Assembly: GCF_018350175.1 (NCBI RefSeq)
Contig: NC_058382.1
Coordinates: 58,468,001 to 58,532,000 of the forward strand
DNA: 64,000 bases
DNA from: Felis catus
Taxonomy: Eukaryota
Direction of reading: 5' to 3'
Numbering within the stretch: the first letter of the stretch is position 1; every line of letters begins with the position of its first letter. Below are positions 1 through 12,430 of the stretch, piece after piece. The position numbers were made by a program, and so were the translations under genes. The notes beneath the pieces are model-generated. The model was not told the DNA's origin and did no database searches. It saw nothing but the letters and a program-made list of their open reading frames with translations.

Positions 1-3000
1 GAACCGGGGGCAGAGTCCCACAGCTCAGAAGCTTACTTGGGAGGTCTGTGCGAACTCAGGCTGCGGGGCCGTGCGGGGCACCCGCGCAGGCTCAGGCGGC
101 ACGAGGGGTCCACGGGTCAGCTGAGTTCCTAGCCGGACTCCCAGAGTGACGTCGTGACGACGTCAAAGTGGTTCTGTCCTTGGCTCTGGAGTCCCAACTA
201 CCTGCAAAGTAGGAGAGAATGTCGTTCTGAGAATTCAAAACGCAAAGTTCTCAGTAAAGGATTTTAAAGATCCTCTCTTTTGGAGAAAGATGGCAACAGT
301 AAGGAAGCCGTTGGCATCAGGTGCTGGGAGCATCCGGGAGGACGTCCTGAGCTGGTGGATTCGCCTGCATCCCCGGCCCCCGTGGGACCGGACCCTGGAG
401 GCCGTCGGACTTGATGTGGAAGTGGCCATCGGTGGGGAGGCAGCTCGGGAGCCCAGAGAGCTTCGGCTCCCTGCCCTCCTTGGTGGGAAGGCCTTGGCCC
501 CGAGCTCCTTGGCTTGGTGTCACAGAGCCATGGAGCCACCCGCCTGCGGGACGGGAGTGAATCACAGGCTGGACGCTGGTTTCCAGAGTTCTCCCAGAGG
601 GGGCTCTCCTGCCCCTCGACACTCAGGGGCCGCTGAGCCGCCGTCACCTGTGGCTTCCAGGACCTTGAATGACCGCCCTCCCCCCCCCCCCCCCCCCCCC
701 CGCCCAACGGAGGCTAGGGTAAATAACCCTGAGGTCGGGTAACGGAGGCAGCTCGCAAGATGGTGGCTGTGTCGGAGCTCCGGCATCACCACAAACTCTG
801 TTCTTGACCAGGAGGACCCATTCCCACCCCCACCACGACCAAGGTGCATCCAGAAACGCATCTGGGACCTTGGGAAGCAGTTGGCCTGGTGTTGAGCATT
901 CCACAGAGGGCCGAGCGGGAGAGGGTTGATTAATTACTGAGGGTGGACATCGACGAACGTCCCGAAGAGAGGGACAAAATGTCAGCGGGCATCGCGGGTG
1001 CGGGGGGACCCACGGGAGCTCCGGGTAGGCAAGGGCAGAGTGGGGGTCTCCGAGGTAGGGCCCCTGTGCCACACTCAGGGCATTCGTGTGGGCCGTGGAG
1101 GCCAGGAGACCACCGTGTCCGTCCCCGTGCACGGTTCCCAGACGGGCCCCGGATGCGGTGACGACCTTGTCCCCAGGCAGAGTCCCTGAGAACTGGGCTC
1201 CCCCACTCCAGCTGTCGGCCTGCTGTTTTTCAGTTCCCCATTGGTCCTGCGTTCCCAGGGCTGCTGTTGCCCACCCCAGCTGGAAGCCCGGCCACAGGGC
1301 CTGCAGTCCCGGTCCTGCGGCCGGCTCGGCAGCTGGGCCTGGGACTCTGCGTGCCAGCGCCTGTCCCCACCCAGTGGCCTGTGAGTGTGGGCCCTCGGAG
1401 GGCTGGGCGGTATGGGGGGGGGGGAGACCAGGGTCCTGGGGCTGCCCAGCCTGAGCCCCTCTGAGCCTCCACTGCAACGTCAGCGATGCGCGACGGGGCG
1501 CAGGGAGGCTCAAATGGGACAAAGTGCGCAAACGCCTCACACCAGACGTGGACTGGCTTCCACCTTTCTCTCTGAAGGCGCCTCACGGACCTTCTCCCCT
1601 TCCCTGCTCTTCCTTCTTCCCCCCGCGGACGCCTCACTGCATCTCCACTCGCTGGATGCAGGACGCTGGGCCGCGTCCCCCGGCTCTGCCGCCCCTGAGC
1701 CGGGCCCCCACGGAGGGGTTCCTGGAGATGCATGTTCTAGCTTTCCAGGCCCTCGGCCGGGGCCACGTCCCAGCTCGGAGGACGTGGTCAGAATGAGAGG
1801 ATCTGCCGTGGAGCCCCACTCAGAGTGGGGGCCGCGTGGGGCAAAGGGGAGGCTCCTTTTGGGCGGGGGGGTTCTGTGCCAGCTGCAGACACACTGCCCC
1901 CTCCCGAAGCTCGGGGTGACCACAGGGGTGATTGAATCTGCCGGAAGTCAGGTCCAAACCCCCCTGCTTGTGTAACTCAGGGGTGATTCTTTTTACCGAC
2001 AAGCTGGAAGCAAGACAGTCCTAAGACCCAGGGGTCAGACTTATTTGCCCTCTCCCTGGGACATTCTGTGTCTCCATCTATTTCCAGGTGGTGCCAGCCT
2101 GGGGCAGGAACATTTGTCTCTGGCCACCTCGTAGCATGGACCCCAGGGACAGTGAGCCCACGCCCATGTCTGCAGAGGCCAAGACCTGGATATGGATCCA
2201 GCCTGTGGGATCATCTGGAGAACTTGTCCCCGCTCGGGTGTGTCCCCGCACGGGCTCCGGGTTCTTAATTTTCCCCGTGACGACAGTGAGGGGGGAGCCC
2301 CCAGTCTGAATGGCCTCCACACATGCCCCGCATCGCCCCATTGGCTCTGTTGCTGCAGCGAGCTGGGGACGGCTTGGTTCTAGGTCCGGTTCATGAGACC
2401 GTCCCTTTTCCTTCCCTCTTCAACCCCCCCTTCAACCCAGTCAAGAGTCCTCGCCCTCCAAAGCTCAAGGAAACCTCCTGCACCCCCGGCTGGAGCAAAT
2501 CCTTCTCCCCAGAATTCAGGAGGGAGTGCCCTGCAAGAGAAGGGAGAGTGGAGCCGTGCGCTCGTCCCCACCCCGCCGCTGGCTGCCGGGGGCTCGTGGG
2601 AAGGGCCTTTTGCCTGTTCGAGCCCCATTTTCTCATCTGCCAAATGGGCCAAGTGTAGGAATGCGCGAGGCGTTCTTGTGGGGATCACAGGGCCACAGGG
2701 CTGCCGGGATGCAGCCTAAGAGGGGGATGGGAAGCCAGGAGCCCCAAACCAGCCCAGCCTGTTCCTGTCTCGTGTCACTTTGGGAGAGTGAGTTCAGCTC
2801 CTTGGGTACAAAATTTCACAGTCCTTTGAATGTGGGAATTGGAGACTCGAAGCTCCCTTCTGGAGCTTTGGACACTGTAAAGTGTTTCTTATGTTACGGC
2901 TTCTTTGGTGTCGGGTACTTATCAGCTTGTGAGTCGCCCGCCCACCTGTCCTCATCGCCAGCTTACCCCAGGCCGGGGACACTGTCCTGTGCTTTTTGGT

Positions 3001-3659
3001 ACTTCTGGGCACGTGTGTGATTTTAAATCTGCCCTGTGGTGGTAAGATTCCAAACTGTGTCTTTGAAATTTTGATCGCCTTGGACAAATCATTTGGGAGT
3101 AAAATCTTTTTTCTTTCAGTTCTGACACGTAGAACTTAAAAATATTTTCCCACTCGCGAGCAATCCTTTTCCGAGCTCACCGCCATGTGGTCGACGCCGG
3201 TCGACCCAGGTCGAAGCCTGGGTACTTACAGTCTTTCCTCTCTTCCGGCCTCCGACGACGGATAACACGCCCCGCTGGCAGGGAAGGGTGTCCCCTGACC
3301 ACTTATGTGGACCTGACCCGTGTCAGCTCACTTTGTGAAGCTCGACGTCAGAGGTTCTGCCTCTCCCAGAGCAGAAGCGACGGACTGATGGATCGGGCAC
3401 CCGCATGACTGATTTTGAAACTGTGACTTGGGCCCTCGGCGCGGCTGAAGTCGATCGATTCCCTTTTGCACAGGGCGAAAGTTTCATGCGACTCTCCCTG
3501 AAATACGCCCAGCTTGGGTAAAGCTTTCGCCCTTGCGCCGGACGGGGCAGGATGCATTCCACGTACACGCGCTTCATCGCTGGGTGGGCGCGGGCACCTG
3601 CTGGGGCTGCGCCAACCGAGGACTGCGGACCGGGGGCTGGAGGCAGCAGAAGTGCGTCC

Positions 3660-3990
3660 TGTCATAGCTCCGGAGGCTCCGGGGAAGGACCCCCGCGTGC
3701 CCTCCTGTCATCTCCCAGTAACCCCGGGCCTCCGTGGGCTGGCGGGCACGTCACTCCGGGCTCCATCGGTACCGTCTCTCGGATGCTCCCCGTGTCCGGG
3801 TCTGTGTCCAGCGTTTGGTCTTCTTCTCAGGCCACCAGGCGTTGGATTCAGGGCCCACGCTGCTCCGGCATGGCCTCCCCGTAGCCTGACGTCTGCAAAG
3901 ACCCTATTTCCAAATAGCGGCGCACCCCCAGGTCGAGGGCTTAGGGCTCGAGCGCATCTGTTCAGGGGACGCAGCGCCACCCCCCACAAA
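3660..3990. mobile_element. MaLR (MLT1-like) LTR fragment
   Basis: Motifs ggaggctccggggaaggaccc...ttggattcagggcccac...tctgcaaagaccctatttccaaata are typical of MLT1 LTRs. Confidence 0.6.
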
Positions 3991-4080
3991 GAGAGAGACC
4001 GCTTTTATTTCTCGTAGTCGATATAGCTGACACGCGGAGTTCATTCATTTTGGAAGCCCCATCAGAAAGTGTCACACGGA

Positions 4081-4303
4081 GGGGCGCCCGGGGGGCTCAG
4101 TCGGTTGAGCGACCAACTTCGGCCCAGGTCACGATCTCACGGTTTGTGAGTTCAAGCCCCGCGTCGGGCTCTGGGCTGACAGCTGGGAGCCTGGAGCCTG
4201 CTTCGGATTCCGTGTCTCCCTCTTTCTCTGCCCCTCCCCTGTTCGCACTCTGTTTCTCTCTCTCTCTCGAAAATAAATAAACGTTAAAAAATATTTAAAA
4301 AAA
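4081..4303 (+). mobile_element. Carnivore tRNA-derived SINE (SINEC_Fc-like)
   Basis: GGGGCGCC...GGCTCAGTCGGTT head, (CT)n tract, AATAAA/A-rich tail. Confidence 0.92.
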
Positions 4304-4359
4304 GAATGCTGTTTTTTCTTCGCTGTCTTCACCTAGAATGCCCTTCCCCTCCCTTCCAG

Positions 4360-4800
4360 GGTTGCGTTTTGTGGATAAAGCATGAGGCTAAGCTGGGTTC
4401 CAGGGCTGCCTGGCCACTGCAAAGGGACAGGCACGTAGGCAAAGTCTGGGGGGAACACGTGCCAGCTTCCGGAGCCCTCTTCCAGGGGGCACACGGGACA
4501 CACTCAACCCCCAGCAGTTCTGTTCACCAGCGATGTTGCTCGGTAGGGACTCAGCACCCGGGGTTTTATCCGGGGCCGGTCACATGAGCACTCTCTGCCT
4601 GGCACGTGCCCAAATCCCAGAGTCCCGGGACGAAAGCAGGTGCTTGGCCCTAACCACACTGTTTGCACAAAAGTGTCAGCACAGGGAGCCACTGTCACCA
4701 TCTCTGGGAGTGGGGGACCCTCCAACGTCCCAGATGCTGGCCGAGCGACCCTTCTGGAGGTCGCTGTGTTAGCTCGCGTCTGCAGGGCAGCCCTGCCCGG
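4360..4800 (-). mobile_element. ERVL-class LTR fragment (MER21/MER68/MER77-like)
   Basis: Reverse-complement similarity to 42900-43370 (ctctgcctggcacgtgcccaaatccc versus gggatttgggcacgtgccaggcagag). Family name is from recall. Confidence 0.55.
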
Positions 4801-6299
4801 AGCACATCCGTGGCTCTCTTTGGCCTCCCCGTGACCACACTGCTGGGGTTTCGACATTTGGAACTTCCCAGACACGTCCCCAGAACCCCAGCACCTGTCC
4901 CCTTACCCTCCCCTGTTTCTGGGTCCTCAAAGTCCTTATAGCAGACATGTCGTTCTGAATTTTTATCAGTCTGTTCTCGCATGTGTCGAGCACATGGCTG
5001 TCCGTCCTCTCTCGGATCCCCCGGTACAAGCATTAATTCTGTCGTCGGCGTTAGTGTTTCCACACTGGGATTTTGGGGCAGGAACACGTGATTCTAGATC
5101 ATTTATAAGTCCCTTGATCTCTCTGTCTCAGCTCAGTGTCTTTAGTGTTTCGGGTCGTGGAAATGTCTATTCGTTATCCTTGGCGATTGTGCAGTAGACA
5201 CAGTGTGTGCACGAACTGCGCTTTCCCGCGGGTCCCTGCTTCCCAGACCGCGCCACCGCACTGTCTCCCTGTGTGGGTCTGCGGCCAGGAGCTCTGACCC
5301 GCTGGTGAAAGGCCCCGGGGCTGTTCCTTAGGGACCAGGGCGCCCCGTTAGGCACCGTGGCCACTTTCCTCTGCGAAGGTCTCTGCCACTCTCCCCTCCG
5401 GGTGGCGGGTTTCTCAAGGCTGTGCCTCCTCTCTCGCTGCTCAGATGCCTGTGGGTCTGAAGGTCACGTGCACTTTAACCCCGGCGTCAGACGGCAGACC
5501 TGGACGGGGCGGCTGGTCCCCGGGGCTGTAGTGAGCTCGTGTCTGGCTACCGACCTTGCCTGAAAGGTTCAAACGTTCGCCGCTTGGTGTGGCTTCCGAA
5601 AAGTTCCCACTTCTTAATTTCCAAGTCCTGATGGAAAAATCGGATGGGGGGGCGTGGGGTGAACGGTCTCACTTCATGGGAAAACGTTTACCCCAGAAAC
5701 ACATCCCCCATATTATTCGGTTCTCTTTGTTGGTCAGTGGTCAAGAACAACCGAGTCGAGGGTCCTACCCTCGTTTGACGGACACCTTACTCGCTGAATT
5801 GTGAGGGAGCGTGGGTCTCCTCTCCTGGCCAGGTTCCGGCACATTCTGTGGACCTGTTAGCGCGCGCAGGGCACCGCTCTTCAACCTGGAGCAGGCCTTC
5901 TGTGTCCAGCTCAAGGGCGCTGAGCTCGTCCCGTTAGGCAGTTTGTCTGACCCCCGATCTTCGCTGCACCTCTCTAGCCCGCGTTTCTTTTCCTTCGAGG
6001 CCTTGCCCTGGAATTTGGCATCAGGAGAAACAGAGTTTGCATAATCTGGGAGCCCTGCTATTCACGGGCTGTCTGTGAAGGAGATCCTGGTCTCCGGTGG
6101 CCCTCCTTCCAGACTGTTCTCTTGCAGTTCCTGTCCCATCCCGCAAGTATTTACCCGAAGCCTGCTGCAGGTGGGTCGTGCTGGGCCGCACACTGTCAGG
6201 GTCACGGAACAGCCGGCGCTTTGGGTGCGTCAGCGGAAGTGGAGACACGTTCAGAGTGACCCCGAACCCAGGCCTCAGGCAGACAGGAGGTTAGTTCAG

Positions 6300-6348
6300 G
6301 ATAGTTCTGATAGTTTCTGATAGTTTCTGATAGTTCTGATGGTTCAGG
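6300..6348. repeat. Short tandem repeat, unit GATAGTT(T)CT, about 5 copies
   Basis: gatagttctgatagtttctgatagtttctgatagttctgatggttcagg seen directly. Confidence 0.9.
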
Positions 6349-6603
6349 GTTTCCTGTCTGCTGCAGGGCTGGTTGCTCAAGCTGCCTGGGCCCCAGAGTC
6401 CCCATCTGGGACTTCACAGACCCAACACCAGTGTGAGGACTTTGCCCACCAGGGTTGGTTTGAAATGTCCTGTGTGTCCAGCGCTGCTCTGGACGTGTCG
6501 AGACGGTTTCAGGGGTACAGGTAGGGCTGTCTGAGAAGGGTGTGGCGGGGGGGGAACCACCTTTAGATCTAGCGGTCACTGATGGTCTAAACGGTGCTCT
6601 GGA

Positions 6604-6860
6604 GGGGCGTCTGGGTGGCTCAGTTGGTTAAGCATCTGATGTCTGACTTTGGCTCAGGTCACGATCTCATAGTTCGTGAGTTTGAGCCCCACGTCGGGCT
6701 CTGTGCTGACAGCTCAGAGCCTGGAGCCTGCCTGAGATTCTCTCTCTCCCTCCCTCTCTGCCCCTCCCCTGCTCCCACTCTCCTCTCTCTCTCAAGATGG
6801 TGGAATAAACTTAAAAAAAAAAAAGAAAGATATTAAAAAACAAACAAATAAATAAATAAA
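6604..6860 (+). mobile_element. Carnivore SINE
   Basis: GGGGCGTCTGGGTGGCTCAG head, CT tract, A-rich tail. Confidence 0.92.
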
Positions 6861-7294
6861 TTGCACCCTGGAGCCAGCAGCTTGAGACAGGGGTTGGGTG
6901 CACGAGAAGGCCCGAGCTGGAGTCGGTGACCTCTCAGGTGTGTCTGAGTTCGAAAAACCCCAGGAGACCCTACTGCTAATGGAAGATCTGGCGACTTCAT
7001 AGACAGCCAAAAGGAGCCTGGAAATCCAATATTCCGGAAAACTAGCATGAAGGAAAAAAGAAAACCCATCATCCAGGATTTGTCAGGGGCCTAGATTGTG
7101 TGTTTAGGGCAGAAAAGCGGCCCGACCCCGGGGCCTGGAGGGAAGCCGGGAGCTGGAATCGGCAGGTTCCTGCCGTGTGTGGGGAGTCGGGCCCTGTGCG
7201 GGCCCCGGTTTTCTCAGCGGTAGTAGCTTGGCTGTTCATCGTGCTTCCTCTCACTCTTCCAGGAGTGCCGCTTGGCACAAGGATGGGCACAGCC

Positions 7295-7485
7295 AACTTC
7301 GTGCAAAATAGCCCAAACCTGGGAACAGTCCAGGGGTCCAGCCTTGGGAGAATGGGCAGGCAGATTACGGTGTTCCGTAAAGTGGGGTGTTAGCCAGAGA
7401 TAGAAGAAACAGACTGCCTCTGCTCACGGCAGCGTGCATGAGTCTCAGTGTTGTGCTGAGTGGAAGGAGCCCCACGCAGGAGCTG
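7295..7485 (+). mobile_element. Old L1 3' fragment
   Basis: aatagcccaaacctgggaacagtcc...gcatgagtctcagtgttgtgctgagtggaaggagcc resembles L1M 3' UTR. Confidence 0.55.
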
Positions 7486-7971
7486 CAGGCCAAGCTCAGG
7501 GATGTGGCGGGTTTGGTTCCAGGCCACCACGATGGAGTGGGTACCTCAGGAAACAGAGGATCACACACAACAAAGTGCACACTACAGTAGAGTGAGTCAA
7601 ATGAGTGTTCTGGTTCCTGGTGCGTATAAAAGGTGTGTTCACGCTATGCTGGAGTTTCTTAAGTGTGCAATAGCATTGTGTTTAAAAAAGGCACATACCT
7701 TAATTTAAAGACACATCACTGCTACAAAAATGCTAACCGTAATCTGAGCCTGCAGTGAGTCAGAATCACTGATCGCAGATCACCGTAGCAGATATCATGA
7801 GAAAGTTTGAAATATCGTGAGAATCACCGAAACGTGATGCAGAGACGAGAAGCGAGCCAAATGCTGTTGGAGAAAAGGCGCCGATAGACTTGCTCAACAC
7901 AGGGTCACCACACATCTGCAGTCTGCAAAAACTACAGTATCTGGGGAGTGCAATAAAACGAGGTACACCTG
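7486..7971. mobile_element. Internally deleted Tigger1-type DNA transposon
   Basis: Left end CAGGC...gcgggtttggttccaggccacc, internal aagtgtgcaatagcatt, right end gcaataaaacgaggtacacctg followed by TA. Confidence 0.8.
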
Positions 7972-8286
7972 TATATGGTGTGAGGCAGGGGTCCAATTTC
8001 GCCCCATTGCTCCGGCATACTCATTCAAGCAGGACCCAGTGCAATCTTGTCTTCAAGGAGATGAGCAAATCTAACCGTCAGGCTGGAATCGAAAGCCGGC
8101 GAAACTGTCACTCAAGAGGGAATTATGAAACAAAGACATTTCAGCTGGAGATGCAGAGAGGTTCACCACCAGCAGTCTGCACGGGAAGACTGTCAGGGCC
8201 GTGTTCAGGGATGGAGTAATTGAACATAAATGGAAGATATGCCCAGATCTCAGCTTGGCCCAGCAAGGACCCCATTCTGTGCCTTT

Positions 8287-8317
<31 letters not shown>

Positions 8318-11048
8318 GATGACACAAGAGGTGTTCAAGCAACCCAATGCCCAGGTCGTGAGCATAGCCGGTGGTCTGACCACCTCTTCTCAAGTTATTT
8401 TCCTCTGTCCCTAGGCTGGCAGAGGTTTGCTGGCTCAGGCCCAGAACCCCTGCTGGAGCCAGGTTTTGTTCACCTTCACAGATTTGGGACACCAGGGGGG
8501 AATCTGCTGGTAAGTGGAAGGGAGAAGCTTTTACAAGAAATAACTTTTTCAGCAAATCCAGTGTATTTTTTTAACCTCTCACTTTTTCCTCCTTGCAATT
8601 GTGACATGTCTACATGAAATTGGCCACAGGAAGGAAGCCCTGTTCAAGAAGCTATTTTCTGAACATCCCTCTACACCCTGGATTTCACAACATGCATACA
8701 TTTAGCTGGAGCCATGGGGACTTTGTGCCCCCGGGGCAGCTGGAGTTTGGGAGTCCAAACGATAGTTACATCTCCTGTGTGATGCTCTCATACAGACGGA
8801 GAAGGCGAGAATCAAAGGGTAATTAAATATTTATTTCGGAGAAAGAGCCTTTTCAGAACAGAAAGTCTAACCGCCTCTGCAAATAAGCCTGAAGTCAGAG
8901 GTCAAGCCAATGATATTCCACAATGGGGAAGTTAAGAGTTTAGAGAAGGACGAGGGAAAAATAGAATGACCCAACCACTGGGAGGTACCAGTGACTCAGG
9001 GCTGCTGCTTTTAAAAGTACCCTTTTGCTTCTACGGGGAGCCCACGGTCATTGGTTTATGGCCCAAGGAATGTGCGGCCCGCACTGACGACTTACTACGA
9101 TGTTTGCGCTCGTCCAGATGAACAAGGGGGAGTTACCCTCCAACGTCCCCTTCTGTCTCGGCTCTGGGAACCGCGTACGGTCGGCATCGAGCGCTTCTGC
9201 CCCTAAACGCGCTACCCGTTCAAGTCGTAGGCATGATCAAAGCCCCCTGACTAGTGCCGGCCCAGCTGTCACCCCCTCCTCCTCCCTGGTGGGGGTGGTC
9301 GCAGCCACGCACCTCTGAGCTCAAGTGCGCAGGCTGCAGCCCCCACGTTTGGTGCCTCCTGGGCACCAGGCGCTCCGCGTACGGCGTCTGCTCCTCGCAG
9401 CGGCTCCCGGGGGTGGCTACACCCGTCTGTGGTCGGCAGAGGAGGACACAGGCTTGGGGTGGCCGGGGGCCTTTTGAGGAAGGGCAGGCGGCAGGGATAG
9501 TGGAGCGGGGCGTGACCACAGGTCTGGAGGGCCGTGCCCTCGGTGGCCGAGCTCACCTGTCCCCGGCACCGCGCCCCATGCTCCGGGAGTGCGGCTGGAG
9601 TGGACTGGCCGCCCTCCTCGTCAGCGTCCCCGAAGCGGGGCGGACTGTGGCCACGGGGAGGCGTCGTGTGCTCCTGAGTCCTGCTCCCTCTGACCTGGCA
9701 TCTTTGCCACGGCTCTGTTCACTAACGTGGCTCTGGAGCGTTCGGGGCCTGGAGACCATGGAATTCAAACTCACCTTCTCGATCAGGAAACAGGTGCCCT
9801 GACGAGGAACCGGAGGGCCTCACTGATGCATCGGTGAGTGTTGCTGCGTAAGAAACTACCTCGGGCCACCGAGGCCTACGACAGCGCTGCCGCGTCGCTC
9901 CTCAGGACTCCTGCGTGCACTGGTGATCCTTCAGCTGCTCTCACCTGGCTCAGCCTCTCATCCTGGGCGTCTTCAAGCGACGGGGAGCACGTGCCAAGAG
10001 TGTAAAGGAGGACCTGCCTCACCTCGGACGTCCCACGTCCTTCCTGCTCCACCGCACTGGTCAGGGGTTTCACGAGGCCCGCCCGGCGGGGACGACTAGT
10101 GACGTGCAGTCCGCCTCTGGAGGGGAGGGGCCGCAGAGCCACGCGGCTAAGCGGGGGATCGCGGGAAGCGCCCTGCAAGGAGGGGGCCGTTATTCTAACA
10201 CCCGCCCAGACGATGGGACCAGTTCCCCGCAGAGGCAGGACTTCAACCCATGGACTTTCCAGGAGCCCCACCTGACTCACGGACGGGCTTCTGGCTCCGA
10301 AGAACATCGAGGGGAGACTGGGTGTGTCCGCGCCTCCCCTCGGGACTGTGCCGAGCAGCGTCTGTTTCCCGGAGGTCCCACGGTACAGCCACCTGCCTGC
10401 CTCCTTCCTCCAGAGTATCCCAGGATGGGAGGCTGCTAACTCTCCCCCAGCAAGAGGGGGTTCAGCCGGGGCAGTGGGGACAGGAGAGAAAGTTGGAGAC
10501 CCCGTTTATATTTCCATTTGCCCAAAAAGGAGATTAACTTGGCTACGTTTATAAACGGACAGACAGGGAGACCTTCCCTTGGAGCTCACGTCAGGTGTTC
10601 TGAGTCCTGTCGGGACACAGAGGACCCTGAGGCAGGGGGACACGCCTCACAACCCAGGCGACAGGTCGTGGCCCCTTGAGATGCGTGGTGTGCGCCTGTC
10701 TGGTTGAGTGGATCGAGGGTTATGCCGCGGTCACCCTTCACAACGGTGTACGGGCGAGACAGAGCACGACCGTGGAAATATCTCGAGTGGCGTCGACGCT
10801 CAGGGCAGCGTTCTTTAAAGGGCGGCCCAACTCGAGGGTGACTTACATGCTTTTCCATCGAGGCGCCGGTTCCAAATTGCTGCTTCCATTTCTGGGTATG
10901 AGAAGCAAGTCTACCTGTAGACTGATGTGATTTCTCTCTTTGTAACATACACGTATCACTTATCTCCTAAATAAATATTAAAATAAGCACACTTAATCTG
11001 CGTCTTTGAGGCGGAAGACATTCAGACGACTACGAAGAAAAAGATTTA

Positions 11049-11153
11049 GGGGCTCCCGGCTGGCTCAGTCGGTGGAGCATGTGACTCTTGATCTCAGGGT
11101 CATGAGTTCAAGCCCCATGCTGGGCATGGAGCCCGCTTAGAATTAAAAACAAA
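11049..11153 (+). mobile_element. Short tRNA-like carnivore SINE
   Basis: GGGGCTCCCGGCTGGCTCAGTCGGTGGAGC...GAGTTCAAGCCCC (A and B boxes), no CT tract, short A tail. Confidence 0.8.
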
Positions 11154-11824
11154 TTTTTTTTTTTTTTTAAACGTTTGGAATTTTTCCCGTCGTGATGTGA
11201 TTTCTGGGACTGAAAATGAAGTGGGAAAACCACAAAATGGTGCTTATCCTTGCATCTGCGCCTTTGGACCTGCCATCTTTTATGTTTCTCCCGTACATTT
11301 TGTTATGTTTGTTCCCGGCTGCAAGTGACCGAGAGGGCTCCCGCTCTAGCTCCTTTGTTTTCCTGTCTCAGGACCTGCCTAGCGCCTGGCCCGCAGGTCA
11401 GCACCTCGAGATCCTTTGTGGCTAAATGGAGTTGCGTCCTGCCTGCTTGCTGTGTGCAGAGCCCCTCATGATGAGTGCCTTCTAGAACCTTCTGCGAGCC
11501 TGGGGCAGCTATGCACGGCACTTAACTGCATCCCCGCCCCACCCCCCTTCTTTCTTTTCTTGTGGGGCTTTGGCGTAATTGACAAAAGGAGGTGCCTCGG
11601 GTAAACCACTCTTGTTCTGGGAGTTGAGAGAGAGGCTCTGTTCTAGATGGTTCTGTTCCCTCAGCCTGGGAGTTTCTTGCTGAAGCCCTGCTAGGACCTA
11701 GGACTTCTCAGCTGTCAGCATGCTTCCTGTTTGTGTGTTTGATGTGGCACCTGCCTCGTAACTACCTTGGTTTCCTTTCTTGTCATTCAAGGAGTGGGTT
11801 GGAGCAGAAGACATTTGAGGTCCC

Positions 11825-12430
11825 GTGCTAGTTGCCCAGGCCTGCTACGACGAATGACCACAAACCTAGCAGCTTCAAACAACACAAATTTGGGGGCACC
11901 TGGGTGGCTCCAACTCTTGGTTTCAGCTCAGGTCATGATCTCGTGGTGTCGTGAGTTCGAGCCCCGCTTTGGGCCCTGCGCTCACAGTGTGGAGCCTGCT
12001 TGAGATGCTCCCTCTCTCTCCCTCTCTGCCCCACCCCCGCTCACACTCTCACTCTCTCTCTCTCGAAATAGATAAATAAACTTTAGAAAAAGAAAAAACA
12101 ACAACACAAATTTGTTTCTGCACAGTCTGGAGGTCAGAAGTCCGACTTGGGTCTCGGTGGTTAAAATGAGGCCGTCAGCGGGGCTGCATTCCTTCTGGAG
12201 GCTCCGGGATGGATCTGTTCTGGCCTCTTCCAACTTCTAGAAGCACCTGAGTCCCTTGACTCAGGGCCGCTCCTCCGTCTGCAAAGCCCAGCAACCTCTT
12301 CTCAGGGCCCTGGTGATTTTGTGGCCCCGGGTCGTCCAGCACTATGTCCTTTCTCCAGGTCCTTAACCCAGTCCATCCCTGCCCGGCTCCCCGGCCCCCT
12401 TCCCTCTTGTGTCCTTCCGGGGACTTTTAG
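11825..12430. mobile_element. MLT1-like LTR interrupted by a SINE
   Basis: accacaaacctagcagcttcaaacaacacaaattt...tctggaggtcagaagtcc...ttccttctggaggctcc motifs on both sides of the SINE. Confidence 0.7.
11892..12099 (+). mobile_element. Carnivore SINE with 15-bp target site duplication (TSD)
   Basis: TSD AACAACACAAATTTG at 11878-11892 and 12100-12114. Confidence 0.92.

Noticed and set aside
644..1975. Long overlapping ORFs (298 and 196 aa)
   Set aside because: Pro/Gly/Arg/Ala-rich ORFs open in several frames, as expected for high GC; no protein signature or exon structure.
10820..11040. Possible hAT transposase remnant
   Set aside because: Resemblance too weak to call without a Dfam search.
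11049..11153. tRNA-like A/B-box sequence (also 29068-29169 and 38432-38541)
   Set aside because: Degenerate, A-tailed and in one case TSD-flanked, so these are SINEs and not tRNA genes.
12246..12265. 8-bp inverted repeat CCTGAGTC/GACTCAGG
   Set aside because: Lies inside an MLT1 LTR and is of a length expected several times by chance.
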